A stretch of DNA of 49,343 bases from Leucoraja erinacea (lineage: Eukaryota), in NCBI RefSeq assembly GCF_028641065.1, contig NC_073401.1, positions 1,874,658-1,924,000 on the forward strand, in the 5' to 3' direction. Below the pieces are notes generated by a model that did no database searches, was not told the DNA's origin, and worked only from the letters and a program-made list of their open reading frames with translations. Each line of letters opens with the position of its first letter. The first letter of the stretch is position 1. Below, piece after piece: positions 35,890 through 48,000 of this stretch. Made by a program: the position numbers and the translations under genes.

Positions 35890-36545
35890 TAGTTCTCCGA
35901 CTAGTTTCACTGTCCTCCTGATTAATTTAACTGATTGTATGCCTCGTTGTCATCTTCCCCTCAGTTTACAATGAACCATTTCCATTTCCTTGTGTCTGTT
36001 TTGATCTGTCATTTTCACACCTTACTGTTCCATGTCTCTTGTCTCCCTCTCCCCTCTCACCCATTCCCTTTCTCCAGAGATGCTGCCTGTCCCGCGGAGT
36101 TACAAGATAGACACAAAATGCTGGAGTAATTCAGCGGGACAGGCAGCATCTCTGGCGAGAAGGAATGGGTAATGTTTCGGGTCGAGACCTTTCTTCAGAC
36201 TTCACGTTCTCTTGGGATGACAAGGCAGCAGGCAGGTCGTGCAACGTTGAGAATAATGAGGGCAGCGACTGCAGGCCAGATCCAGCCCAGTGTGTGCTCT
36301 TAGGTGAATAAGATGGGAGAGTCATCCCTCATTCCAATAGTGTAGGTCCTTCAACAGCATTACGTTCCAGGGTGTCTCTGACTAACAAAATGTAGAACAA
36401 AATGTAGATAAACCCTCTGAAGAAGGGTTTCGACCTGAAACGTTGCCTATTTCCTTCGCTCCATAGATGCTGCCTCACCCGCTGAGTTTCTCCAGCACTT
36501 TTGTCTACCTTTGATTTTCCAGCATCTGCAGTTCCTTCTTAATCA
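35890..36545. mobile_element. Cluster of PLE terminal repeats (35890-36200 inverted pair; 36415-36543 second subfamily)
   Basis: Core variants at ~36172-36198 (minus) and CTGAAGAAGGGTTTCGACCTGAAACGTT at 36417; CAAAATGTAGAT duplicated around the second. Confidence 0.75.
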
Positions 36546-38024
36546 AAATGTAGATCAAGATGAGTGAGGATGTGAAACCTGTGATCAGAGAGCAGTCAGT
36601 TTAAATTTACAATGTTGTAACATGCAGGCAAAATGTAAACGAGAGTATCACCTTGTTGCATAGCAGTACCTCTTGAGTATATGGAAATTGTTTGAAAAAC
36701 ATCTAACGGCAGGAAATGTTGAATTTCTTATAATTTACATGTTACAGGACTTAAATAAAGTAGGATAAAGTCAATATTAATTATATCTGTAAACATCAGT
36801 CTCTATTTTTCTCTTGTTAGACTAATGGGTTTGGTTTATTTAAACTGCACCTTTCCTGTCCATTGAGCTGTAATCTTAGAATGATGCAGACATTTTGTTC
36901 AGAATGACTCAGCTCGTATACACTTTCTCTTTTCTAACATCACTGCAGCTTAATTCAGATCACAGCCTGGGATCCCATATCCATATTTTTATAGTTCTAT
37001 TTAACAATGTCACTTTGGCAAGATAATCAAGCAGAAATGATTTGACAAATTGTGTTTATGGCCACTTCATTTCAATCTAGGGGCCCTGCTGTTTAACAAC
37101 ACCACAGAAGAAGAACAAAACAGCAGGGAAGCACTTTACATTTCCAGATTCAAATCATTTGCTTGACTGGGAATCAAGTCAAACGCGGCACTACTGATGC
37201 TTCCATTCCCCAACTAACTTCTGAGGAACAACTGACCTTGGAAAACAGTTGATTCCACTGTGTAAATATCACACTGTAAGTACAAATTGAAAATTTGCTG
37301 TTGGAGGGGAGGTCAAGGGCACAAAACATTTAAGTGCCAACTAGCTGCCCTGGGGAAAGTCATGTCATGGGTTTCTGTCCAGGATTGTGGACCAGAAACA
37401 TTTTCACAGCCTAAAGGATGTTCTACACAAAAATGTCCTTGAGCTGCATATTTTATTTCAGGCTGTAAGTACAGCTAACTCATGCAATGATAGCAGTGCA
37501 TCACTTAGCATATCCAGCAAGGTCTTCTGGCCAGTTTAATGACTCAACTATTACATTGTGTGAACCTCCGTGCAGAACTGGTGTCATTTGATCAGAGAAA
37601 TGACTCTTTTACGTTGTAACATCACACCAAGTGGTTGCGGTCTTTTTACTGGGTACCCCCTCTGCCTTCTCTGATAAGGACAGTATGTTGTGAAGAGGAA
37701 TCCAAGGGTGGGGAAAATAAACGATCAAACTCTCACTCAACAGTAATAGCTATGAATGAAAAATATCTTACAAATTATTTTTAATCAACTTTTAGAGTCA
37801 AAGAGTCTTACAGAGTGGAAACAAGCCCTTTGGTCCAACTTGCTCACACCGGCCAACATGTCCCATCTACACTAGTCCCACCTGCCCGCATTTGGCCCAT
37901 ATCCTTTTATTGATGATCTCAATGGCACAGCAGATAAGACCCTGGCAGAAGTTAGTATTTTAAAGAATTTCACTATTCAGGAAAGAACTTCTCAGGAAGC
38001 GGAAAGTTCAAAATGTATTACCTT

Positions 38025-40300
38025 TTGAATGAATGAATGAATGTATGAATGAATGATTGAATGGATGAATACGTTTGTTGTCATTGCACAACACTGTGCA
38101 ACGAAATTCCATTACACCTCCTCCGGTTAAAAAATACAAACACGATAACCATTGACACATATGTACACTTATTAGTAAAATAATAAATAAGTATTTAAAA
38201 AGAATTTAAAAGAATTTGGTGGCATTTCTTGGAATTACATTTTGCTTCCCTAGTGTTCTCTGTTGGAATTTAGCTCTTTTATCGCACATGGGTAGAAACT
38301 ATTTTTTAGTCTACTGGTACGAGCCTTCAGAGACCTGAATCACCAGAGACCTGAATCACCAGAGACCTGAATCGCTTCCCAGAGGGTAGCAGAGTGAAAA
38401 GGTGGTTGGCAGGGTGGGATGTGTCCTGCTTGATATTTGTGGTCCAGCGCAAGCATCGGGCCCTGTATATATCATCCAAGGAGGGCAGTTGAGCGTTTGT
38501 AATGCTCTGTGCAGTTTTTATAATTCCCTGCAGCGCCCTCCTCTCAGCCACAGTACAGGTAGCAAACCACACCAGGATTCCATAGGAGAGGATACTTTCC
38601 ACGGCGCATCGGTAGAAGGACAGCAGCAGCGGCTGTGAGACGTTTGCTCTCCGCAGAGACCTCAGGAAATACAGCCGCTGCTGTGACTTCTTCACGAGAG
38701 TGACGGTGTTCATTTGCCATTTGAGGTCCTGGGAGATATTTATTCCCAGGAACTTAAAGCCAGTGACTCTCTCCACCATGTCTCCTTTGATGTATAAGGG
38801 AGCAGGTTCCTCTCTCCTCTTCCTCCTGAAGTCAACGACCAGTTCTTTTGTCTTTGATGGGTTGAGTACCAGGTTGTTTTTGGTACACCAGACAGTCAGT
38901 TTTTGGACTTCATCTCTGTAGGCAGACTCGTCGTTGTTGTTTATCAGTCCCACCACAGTCGTGTCGTCCACAAACTTGATGATCCTGTTTGTACTGTGTG
39001 TTGGTGTGCAGTCATAAGTGTATATTGTATACAAGATGGTACTCAGCACACAACCTTGTGGCGCTCCTGTGCTGAGCGTCAGGACTGGGGAGTAATTGGA
39101 CCCCATCCTGACAGTCTGTGGGCGGTCTGTTAAGAAGTCCTTCATCCATCTGCATGTGTTTGCATTAACACCCTGATCAGACAGTTTGTCCACCATTCTG
39201 CTGGGGATGATGGTATTAAATGCAGAACTAAAATCTACAAATAACATCCTCACATATGAGCCAGGGCGCTCCAGATGTGCCAGTGCAGAATGTAGAGCTA
39301 TGTTGATGGCATCTTCCGTTGACCTATTAGCTCTATATGCAAACTGATGCTGATCCAGGGTGGATGGGAGTGAGGACTTAATGTGGGCCAGGACCAGCCG
39401 TTCAAAACATTTCATCACCGTTGAAGTGAGAGCAACAAGTCTATAGTCATTCAAGCTGGTAATAGATGTTTTTATGGGTACAGGCACGACAGTAGCAGTT
39501 TTGAAACATTTAGGGACAGTGCACGTTGACAGAGAGAGGTTAAAGATGTCGCTAAAAACCTCCGCTAACTGGTCTGCACAGTCCCGCAATACTCTCCCTG
39601 GGATGCCATCTGGGCCAGCAGCCTTCCTGGGGTTGACCCTGCGGAGTGCTCTTCTGACGTCCTCCGTACTCACAGTGAGTGGCACAGTGAGTGCGAGGTC
39701 GTCAGTGCTGGGTGCGGCTGCAGGTGCAGGCTCCGCCTCATTCAGCTCAAAACGGGCGAAAAAGTGGTTGAGCTCCTCAGCTAGCGAGTTGTTACTGCTG
39801 TTGATGATCGGCCCCCCCTTGCCCTTGTAGTTTGTGAGTTGCTGAATGCCCTGCCAGACACGCCGAGGGTCCCTCTCGTTAAAATACCCCTCTAACCTTC
39901 TTCCATAGACTGTCTTTGCCTCTTTGATGGCTCTCTTTAGTTTAGATCTGACAGTGCTGTACAATTCATCACTGCCAGATCTAAAGGCTGAGTTGCGTTC
40001 CCTCAGCAGTTTCCTGACATCCCTGGTCATCCATGGTTTGTTGTTTGGATAGCACCTGACCTCCCTGTCGACAGTGACGTTGTTGATACAGTTCTGTATA
40101 TAGAACATGACTGTGGATGTGTATTCTTGTATGTCCTGGTTTGCAAACAGGTCCCACTGGGTGCGCTCAAAACAGTCCTGAAGTTGGGCGGCAGCGCCCT
40201 CGGGCCAAGTCTTTATGTTTCTCACACTGGGCTTGGTTCTCATAATGAGAGGTCTGTATGCCGGGGTGAGAAAGAGTGATAGATGGTCTAGGTATAATTT
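38025..40300 (-). mobile_element. Young 5'-truncated Rex1/Babar LINE with a 665-aa open RT ORF
   Basis: DHLSLFLTPAY (end of APE), KAAGPDGIPG, LNDYRLVAL, HQFAYRANRSTEDAI, FVDFSSAFNTI, GAPQGCVLS, KFVDDTT (mutated FADD); natural stop 38250-38252; 3' stem-loop and (ATTC)n tail. Confidence 0.93.
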
Positions 40301-41009
40301 CTGATGATCTAGGTATAATTTCAAACAAGTATCATTTTGGGATACAGTCTATGAAGATTTCAAGTTGTGACTTTAACACACTATCATGTTAACAAAAATA
40401 ACTGAATCTGTTGTTGACAAATGTTTTACTCCACTCCTCCACATTCTCTCATGCTCTATCTGGGCTGTCCAGATGAACTGATGGAAATGGATTTTTCTGA
40501 TAAGTCAGCCTCTCCCTTATCACTCTAAGCTGTGACAACAAGGATAATGGAATATGAGCTAAGTGAATGTCAATCTTTTTTTTCACGCTGCAGCTCCTAA
40601 GCTACCATGCCCAGCTACATCAAGTTTCTCGCAATCAAATTATATCCTTTATTAGTTAGGGTCTGTTACTCAAGTTCGCCTACTGCAGTTGGTCAGCAGA
40701 TTTTATTGAAGTCTAGAAATAGCTGTCTAAAACAGTGGTGAGAATGTGTTCTACCAAGGACAGCCTGTTTGTAAAGAACGGAGCAATGGATTTATCATCA
40801 TTAACATCATCATGGTTTATAATTTATAAAATGCAAACCTTTTTTTTCTTCTATGAGAGATTGGGCAACAAATCACAGAGGAAATTTTATCAGAGCAATG
40901 AGGCTTATCACAAGCGACACAGGTATGTGTGTCCTCAAGCCCATATGTGGCGGGAACAATTTTTATCTCTTTCCTCGACGTAGAAGTGACTTTTTCCGTA
41001 TCGTATCTC

Positions 41010-41357
41010 CGTCCATGCTGCAGCCTAACATCATGGAGCTGACGGTCCCATGGCTGGGGATCAACTTCGGGAGCTCCAACCACGGGAGTTTCAATCGACC
41101 CAATGCGGGAGCTTCGATCGCCGACTGCAGAAGCTTCGATCGCCCCAACTGCGGATGGTTTGACTGAGAGAGAAAAGGAGGGAAGAAGATAATACGTTAT
41201 TGCCTTCCATCACAGTGCGCTGTGGTGGATGTTTATGTTAATTTTTTTGTAGTTGTGTGTTTTGTTGGCTTTTTGGTATGACTGTATGGCGAGTCAAGTT
41301 ATCTGTATGTTCTTACATACTTGGCTAATAAATTCTTCGCATCTTGTATCTTGATTC
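41010..41357 (+). mobile_element. GC-rich non-autonomous retroposon, copy D (5'-truncated)
   Basis: Core hairpin 41206-41229; tail ACATACTTGGCTAATAAA; shares gcctaacatca and gctccaac motifs with copy A. Confidence 0.7.
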
Positions 41358-41532
41358 CTATGGTCCACCAATTCAGAAATGTTTTGTATATTCTCCAATG
41401 TAATCACTGTGCCAATAGCATTGTAACTCTAAACTGGGCAATATGGCCAGGAGTTCTGGAATCCTGGAATTTTCTCCTGAAACTCCTTCTCTTTCCCTCT
41501 CTATGGCGGCTTCCTTTTTTAAGATGCTCTTT

Positions 41533-42035
41533 AGATCATAAGATCATAAGAGATAAAAAAAGTAGAATTAGGCCATTCGGTCCATCAAGTCTACTTTGCC
41601 ATTCAATCATGACTGATCTAACTCTCCCTCCTAACCTCATTCTCCTGCCTTCTCCCCATAACCTCTATCACCAATACTTATCAAGAACCTATCTATCTCT
41701 GCCTTAAATATATCCACTGACTTTGCCTCCACAGCCTTCTGTGGCAAATAATTCCACAGATTCACCACCCTCTTCGTAAAGACATTCCTCTTTCCAGGAT
41801 GGGAGACTGCAACCTTAACGGATACGAGGAAACACTTTTTCTCACAGAGAGTGGCGAGTCTGTGGAATTCTCTGCCTCAGAGGGCGGTGGAGGCCGGTTC
41901 TCTGGATGCTTTCAAGAGAGAGCTAGATAGGGCTCTTAAAGATAGCGGAGTCAGGAAATATGGGGAAAAGGCAGGAACGGGGTACTGATTGGGGATGATC
42001 AGCCATGATCACATTGAATGGCGGTGCTTGCTCGA
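41533..42035. mobile_element. Two CR1 3' fragments in opposite orientation (41533-41795 minus, 41821-42035 plus)
   Basis: CR1 3'UTR motifs; RKHFFSQRVASLWNSLPQRAVEAG. Confidence 0.8.
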
Positions 42036-42494
42036 TTGTTGATTACTTCCTGATAGCGAAGAGTAACGGAGAGATGGGAACCTGATTTACTTGTTGAAAA
42101 GTAATCCGAATGCGAAGGGTACTCCTAATTCTGTAGAACTTAGAGAGGAGAGATAGAGGTTCCCCTATAGAAGTCCAGTCTTAGCTGGATAGTAACATTC
42201 GGGAGGAAAAGTAGTCATTTAAGGATTAGTACCCCTTAGCAAAGAGTAACCTAGGAAGGGGAAAATCTTCGGTATCGGAGGGAGAGGTTCACTGATTAAT
42301 AACAGCGTGACGCGGCATTGAGATTGAGCTTTTGTAAACTGTGCGCTGGCGCGTTGTCATTTTTGTAAATTGTAAAATTTTAATATTGTCTTTTTTGTAT
42401 TGTTATCGGACCCGAATTATGTAAATATTTTGTGTATGTAAATAGATTTAGAGTGTATTAAGATTTAGAAAGTTAACATTTAGAGCGGACCGCT

Positions 42495-42496
<2 letters not shown>

Positions 42497-42551
<55 letters not shown>

Positions 42552-43449
42552 AATAATATGTATTTATATAGTACATTTATAGTCAATTTTCATTGAACCC
42601 AAAGTGCTTTACATAATTTAAAAATCAGTTCCATACAAAGCATAAAGATGGGTTAACAAAATAATAAAATGCATAAACAGGACACAACATGTAACATAAA
42701 CATCCACCACAGCATTCATCACTGTGGTGGAAGGCACAAAAAATTTTGGCCGTCCTCCTCCATTTCCCCCCCCGTGGACAAGACCAGAGTCCAGAGTCCA
42801 GTCCAGGATCGGTCTTTCCTCACCGGAGACCGCGGCTTCAAGATTGTGTAGGCCGCAGGCCGGCGGTTGAGATTTAAAGTCCCCGCTGCAGCCAGAAGCA
42901 CCGTAGACTGCAGGGCCGGCGGTCGAAGCTCCCCTCCAGGGGTGATGGTAAGTCCATGCCGGGCCCGCGGTAGAAGTTATCCGCGGGCCGGCAATCGCGG
43001 CTTCTTCTTCCCCCGGGTCCCCCACGAGGGATCCCGGGCTGTAGGCGCCGCAGCAGCTGGAACTCTGCAGACCGCTTCAGGCTGCGACTTCAGGCTGCCG
43101 GCTGCCCCGGACCAGTGAAACGGAGCACTCCCCTCCGGCGAGCCCCAGCGAGGGCTCACCCGCTCCACGCCGAGTCCATGCTGCGCCTGCCACTGAAGCC
43201 CTGGGCACGTCTCCGGGAAAGACCTCACCGATCCTTGATGGTAGGCCACGGGGGAGGCGACCTGGAAAAAGTCGCCTCTCCATGGAGGAGGCGACCAAAG
43301 CGGTTTCCCCCTTACACCACCCACACCACCCCCCACACAAAACACAAAAAACCCCACTAAATACACACTTTAAAACATACTAAAAATAAAAAATAAAATT
43401 GAAAGGCTGACGCGCTGCTGCCATGGCTGCCGCCAAAACAGCGCCCCCT
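42497..43449 (-). mobile_element. GC-rich non-autonomous retroposon, copy B (full length, L2-like tail)
   Basis: Head architecture as in copy A; core hairpin 42703-42731; tail TGTAAAGCACTTTGGG...TATATAAATAAA then (TAT)n. Confidence 0.72.
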
Positions 43450-44099
43450 TCACAAGATGATATTTGTATTGCTGCTTGTGTGAGTGTTCAAGGATTTTTA
43501 AGGATTTAGATAATTGAAGTAAATTTGTGTTTGAATTAAATATTTGTAATTGTTTAGATTGTGGTATTGTGAGAATCTGAGTCATGGTGGTTCAATCAGG
43601 GTTTGTACTCTTTCAATCGCTGTGTCGGGGGAGGAGTCGTACTGCCGAACAATTGCACCACGAGGAGGATTTATTAGAGTGCGTGATTTATAATAAACTC
43701 ATGTTTGTGGTTTATGTAGGAGTGTGGTTGTGCCTGATAATAATAGGCAGTGTGATCTGCTTGCGTACTGTGTTACTTGCGTGTCTGAAGATTATTTTCG
43801 GGTGTTTCGATTGAGGATTAAATGAGTGCCAGAATGTGTTTGATTGTGCTCGAATGTGTTTGAGTGTTCCCTGGAGTACTCTGATCCTTGAATGACTGTG
43901 GATTGAGAAAATTGTAAGGTTGAAATGGTGTGGATTTTTGGGAGATAGGAGAATAATTTGAATAGGAGAGTAGGATTGGTGAGCAAAGGAGTAAAGAATC
44001 TTGAGGCTGTGAATGCTTTGAGCCATTACCATTATTCAGGAGTGAGCTTGATAAATTTAGGGATCAAATGGAAGGAGCGGAGGACTTAGGAATTCTGTT

Positions 44100-47000
44100 T
44101 TGGATGTTCGGAAGCATGGGGAATAGAATAGATCGAGATATGACAGGAGAGGAAAGGATCCCATTAGAACAAATGCGTAATGAGTTTCCTCACAAGGAAG
44201 AGAAATTAAGAAATTTATCAGGAGTGTTAAATAAGAAATTAGGAAACAAGCTTTGGCCATTGGAACAGTATAAGGGATAAAATACATTGAGAGGATTATT
44301 TGGCAACATAGTAATAACGAAAGTGCAAAAGAATTAATAGGGTTATAGAGAAACAATTATGAGGAACGGAAGGCGAATAAAGAGGTTAAGAGGGATAGTT
44401 GGGAAAAAGCGATTGGTAAACTTGGAATAGAACTGAAAGAAGGTGAAGTAGATTGACCTCCAGGCAGTAGGAAGGACAGAGTGGAGATGAAGGTAAACAC
44501 ACAGGACAAGGGGAAGGCAGATCTCCTGGAAGGAAACTAGTCTCTGTAAATTTAAAGATAAGGAATCCGATGGTTTATGCTGACTTCGAGGGGGAAGGAG
44601 ATGAATATTTAGAAGAGTGGACAGATGTTAACGTAAGTGGAAGTTCACAACTCCCACCATGTTCCTCTTGCGTTTCCCAGGCTTCAATTGTATGACTTGT
44701 TACCGTAAAACAAAAATCAGGTCCTCAGAACCTATAACAACTCCTGCAGTTTCTGTACCTGCACAGACTCTACCAACAGCAGATACTGGGGTACCAGATT
44801 CTTCGACCCTATGCACTCCATCATTGATAGATCGTCCAGTGGCTTATGGCACCCAGTGTAGAACGAAGAGGTTAGCTCAGGTGTTTAAAGAAATGGAAGG
44901 TATGATCGATATATTGCAGCAGCCAGAGTATTTATGAGCCACAACCAAGGCAGATCATACGAGTAGTAAGAAAGAGGAACGATTTATTGGACAGTATCGG
45001 GAAACCCCTAGCGAATGGGAAGATTCATCTGAGGGTGAGTCAATGATTGAAGATACCGAGATAGATTTTGATGTAACCAAAAGTTTACAAATTAAACAGA
45101 TATCCCAAAGGCAGTTCCCAGTAAGGGAAGGGTTGGGCACAGTGGATTTGACCAGTGCAGTAAGTACGAAAAATCCCAGTGCCACAGACGTCCATACTCC
45201 GTGGTAGCTCCATGAAATAATGGAAGTACTAAATAGAAACCCCGATAGGAAGCAGCACTATGCTGCTTTTATAGATTATTTAAGAAACACGATGTGTGTA
45301 TACCATGCAGATTCACGGGATTTGTGGGAGACCATACAACAGATAATTACTTCAGCTGAAAAGACCAAATTTCTAGTAACCCTAGGACACCCAACTTTTA
45401 AAGCTTTGGCAAACATAGTAATGGATGACAGTGCAAGCGAAGAGACTGTTTTAACAGTCCCTTGCAAAAACATTTCAGAAACCAAGCGATTTAAAAGAGT
45501 TCTGGAAATAAAACCAGAAAAGGATGAAGGAGCAGACAAATTTCTAGACCGTTCTTCAAAATTATATATGGACCAATCTGGAGACTTAAGACTATCAGAA
45601 TGGAGCAAGTTCCCCTCAATATTGTGCTATCCTATTGTATTGCCTCCCCACTAAAGTAGCGGACTTAATTAAGACTGATAACAGGGACTGGTCTGAGAAC
45701 TGAGCCAGTCAGATGGCCAGAGCTGTGAGGCACTATTGGAAGGAGGGTAGGAACCAGGAAAATGATCCTGTAACTGGAAGAGAAAGTGAACTTATAGCCA
45801 AGAAAGAATTGCCAAGATCTTACTCTGAACCATGGATCCCCAGAGTACCAGCAAATTATAGATTGGGAGAAAATAGGGTTCCAGATTACTCAGATTATTA
45901 TCACAACCACACTCCCAATTTAGAATCCCTTCCAATGGAACCAAGGGGTAGAATGAAGCCAACCTAATCAATGCTACACTTGTGGGGGGATGGGACATTG
46001 GAGTCGATCGTGTCCTGTGAGGGAGTATCGAGAAGGAAGGGGATAAAGAAGAGGGCTACGAACCAGTGGACCCCGATAAATTACCGGGACACTTGGGACC
46101 CCAAGAGTAAAGGACTAGGACACTGGCAAGGAGATCAGGTGCCAGGGACATTTTGGCAATCGAACCAATCCATTACCCTTAACCTACCAGTTAATACCAT
46201 CTATGAAATCTGAAGGCTTCATATAGGCCCAAAACAGCAATAAAACCCCGAAAGAACATCACCCCCTTCCAAAACCTAGGAGGAGACACAAAGAATCTAC
46301 TTATCGAGAACCCTCAGTGAAGAAAGGACTACGGAAAGGGAAAAATAGTAGCTGGTGTGAGAAAGAATGGCACTAGAAGAGAGAAGAAGCGACTATATTG
46401 TGCAGGGGGTACGGGAGTGGGGAAAGGAGCTATTATACGAACTTGTTATTGAGTTTGTGCCTGCAGGACAGTATAATCAACAATGTGCTATCTGGGGAGT
46501 GAGTTGAGAACAGGCAGAAGACATCAAAGGTAATGTAGCTCCCCAGAAACAGGAATCAACAAGCAGGATTAAATGATACTGTCCTGTCCCTTTAAGACAA
46601 ATCTGGGAAGACCAACTGATAGGGAAAGCTGCTCCTCAGTATCCCTACTCCCTTGAAACTGGCATCAGAGAAGAAGATGAAAACCTACCCCATTGCCCAA
46701 CTTTAACATCATCTAGCTTTTGACGCCAGTGAATGAAAGGAAAGTAACACCATCTAATCTTTGCTAAAGAAACAACACCGACAACCTATGATGACTGAAT
46801 TTGATTTGAAAAATACATTCCTTTGTGGTTAGGGGCAAAATACTTGCTTTGCGCCATAGTTTAGTTATAAATAAATTGATTTAAAGAGGGCTTATGGGAT
46901 ACAGTCTTAAAAATTGTTAGAGAATTGACTGTTGACTTGGCATTCTTCTCTTGTCGCACCCATAGGAGGATAGTCGGAGATGGGACGGGACTATTTAGTT

Positions 47001-48000
47001 ATTATTAAAAACGGGACAGACCCTAGCAGATATCAGGAATTAAGACAGACCCTGTAAATGTAAGGTGATAGTATAAAATGATGAGATAGACTGAAAATGT
47101 ATGAGTTCCCCTCGGAAATCTATTGACTACCATCCAGAAAGAGTTACTTAAAGATAAAAGGAAACTAGTAGAGAGAACCCCTATGGACTGAGAGCCGAGC
47201 CAACATACTAAGGAAGAAGTGCTGGAGGAGAGGTCTATTGAATTAGAAGGAGAAACTTGAATGGGTTTGGAGATATCAGAATCGATGTATTTGACTGATG
47301 GATCTAAATTGTACCCTTGATGGTAAAGTGGGTCCTATTATCAAGGTGGAAATAAATTGTCTCTAGAATTGGCATTCTTAATTGGATTTATGATAGAATT
47401 GACAACATATGGAAATTGATTGTTTAATTTTGAACAGCTGGGAATTCCACAGGAATTGGAATGTATTTGTGTTATCGGCCACAATGCTGTGGAATAAGAA
47501 GGGTAGGATGGACACTGAAATTTAAAATAGTAAAGTGCCTGTCCCACGAGCATGCGATTCCATGCGGCAAGCGTGACCTAATGTGGTCGCTTGAGCCGTA
47601 CGGCCTCGCAGGGCCGGTCCCTCTTCGATCTCTGGAGCCATATGGAATTGTGCGGAGCTGGTCCCGACATTGTGCAGAGCTCCGAAAAACTGACCGTGAC
47701 GCCTCGACGCCATACGCGGCGTCTTGACGCCGTACGTCACGCGCGAACTTCCCGCGCACTTCGCTCAAACTTCACGTCACTCACTCGACCTCCGCGCGGC
47801 CCCCGCTTCAAGTTTGTTTGGGCTCACCGCATGCAGGCGCATGCTGGTGGGATCAGCCCTTAAATTGAAAGCTGAGACGGAATCTGGTTAAATTGAAACA
47901 TTTATCATGGTTTGCTTTAAATCAGAGTCGCACCTGTAGGGAAATCTGGACTGAACCCAGCTAAAATATACATGAGAAACCATCATCAGATATACATATT
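44100..48000 (+). mobile_element. Heavily decayed, internally deleted endogenous retrovirus (gag-pol remnant)
   Basis: In order: capsid-like VYHADSRDLWETIQQIITSAEKTK (~45298-45370), PQYP (~46635), RT-like FDLKNTF (~46800), RNase H YLTDGS (~47288), integrase LGIP..CYRPQCCGI..TLKFKI..KLKAET..KSGLNPAKI (47437-47970). LTRs not identified. Confidence 0.65.
47534..47860. mobile_element. PIF/Harbinger-type MITE inside the ERV integrase remnant
   Basis: AGTGCCTGTCCCAC..AGCATGCG / CGCATGCTGGTGGGATCAGCCCT; TAA TSD (47531-47533, 47861-47863); CpG-rich interior. Confidence 0.82.

Noticed and set aside
37960-38010. GAA/TTC cluster resembling a heat-shock element
   Set aside because: Only two correctly spaced units at a time, 6 kb upstream, beside a LINE tail.
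42618-43366. Several GC-rich ORFs
   Set aside because: Inside retroposon copy B; not conserved with copy A at protein level.
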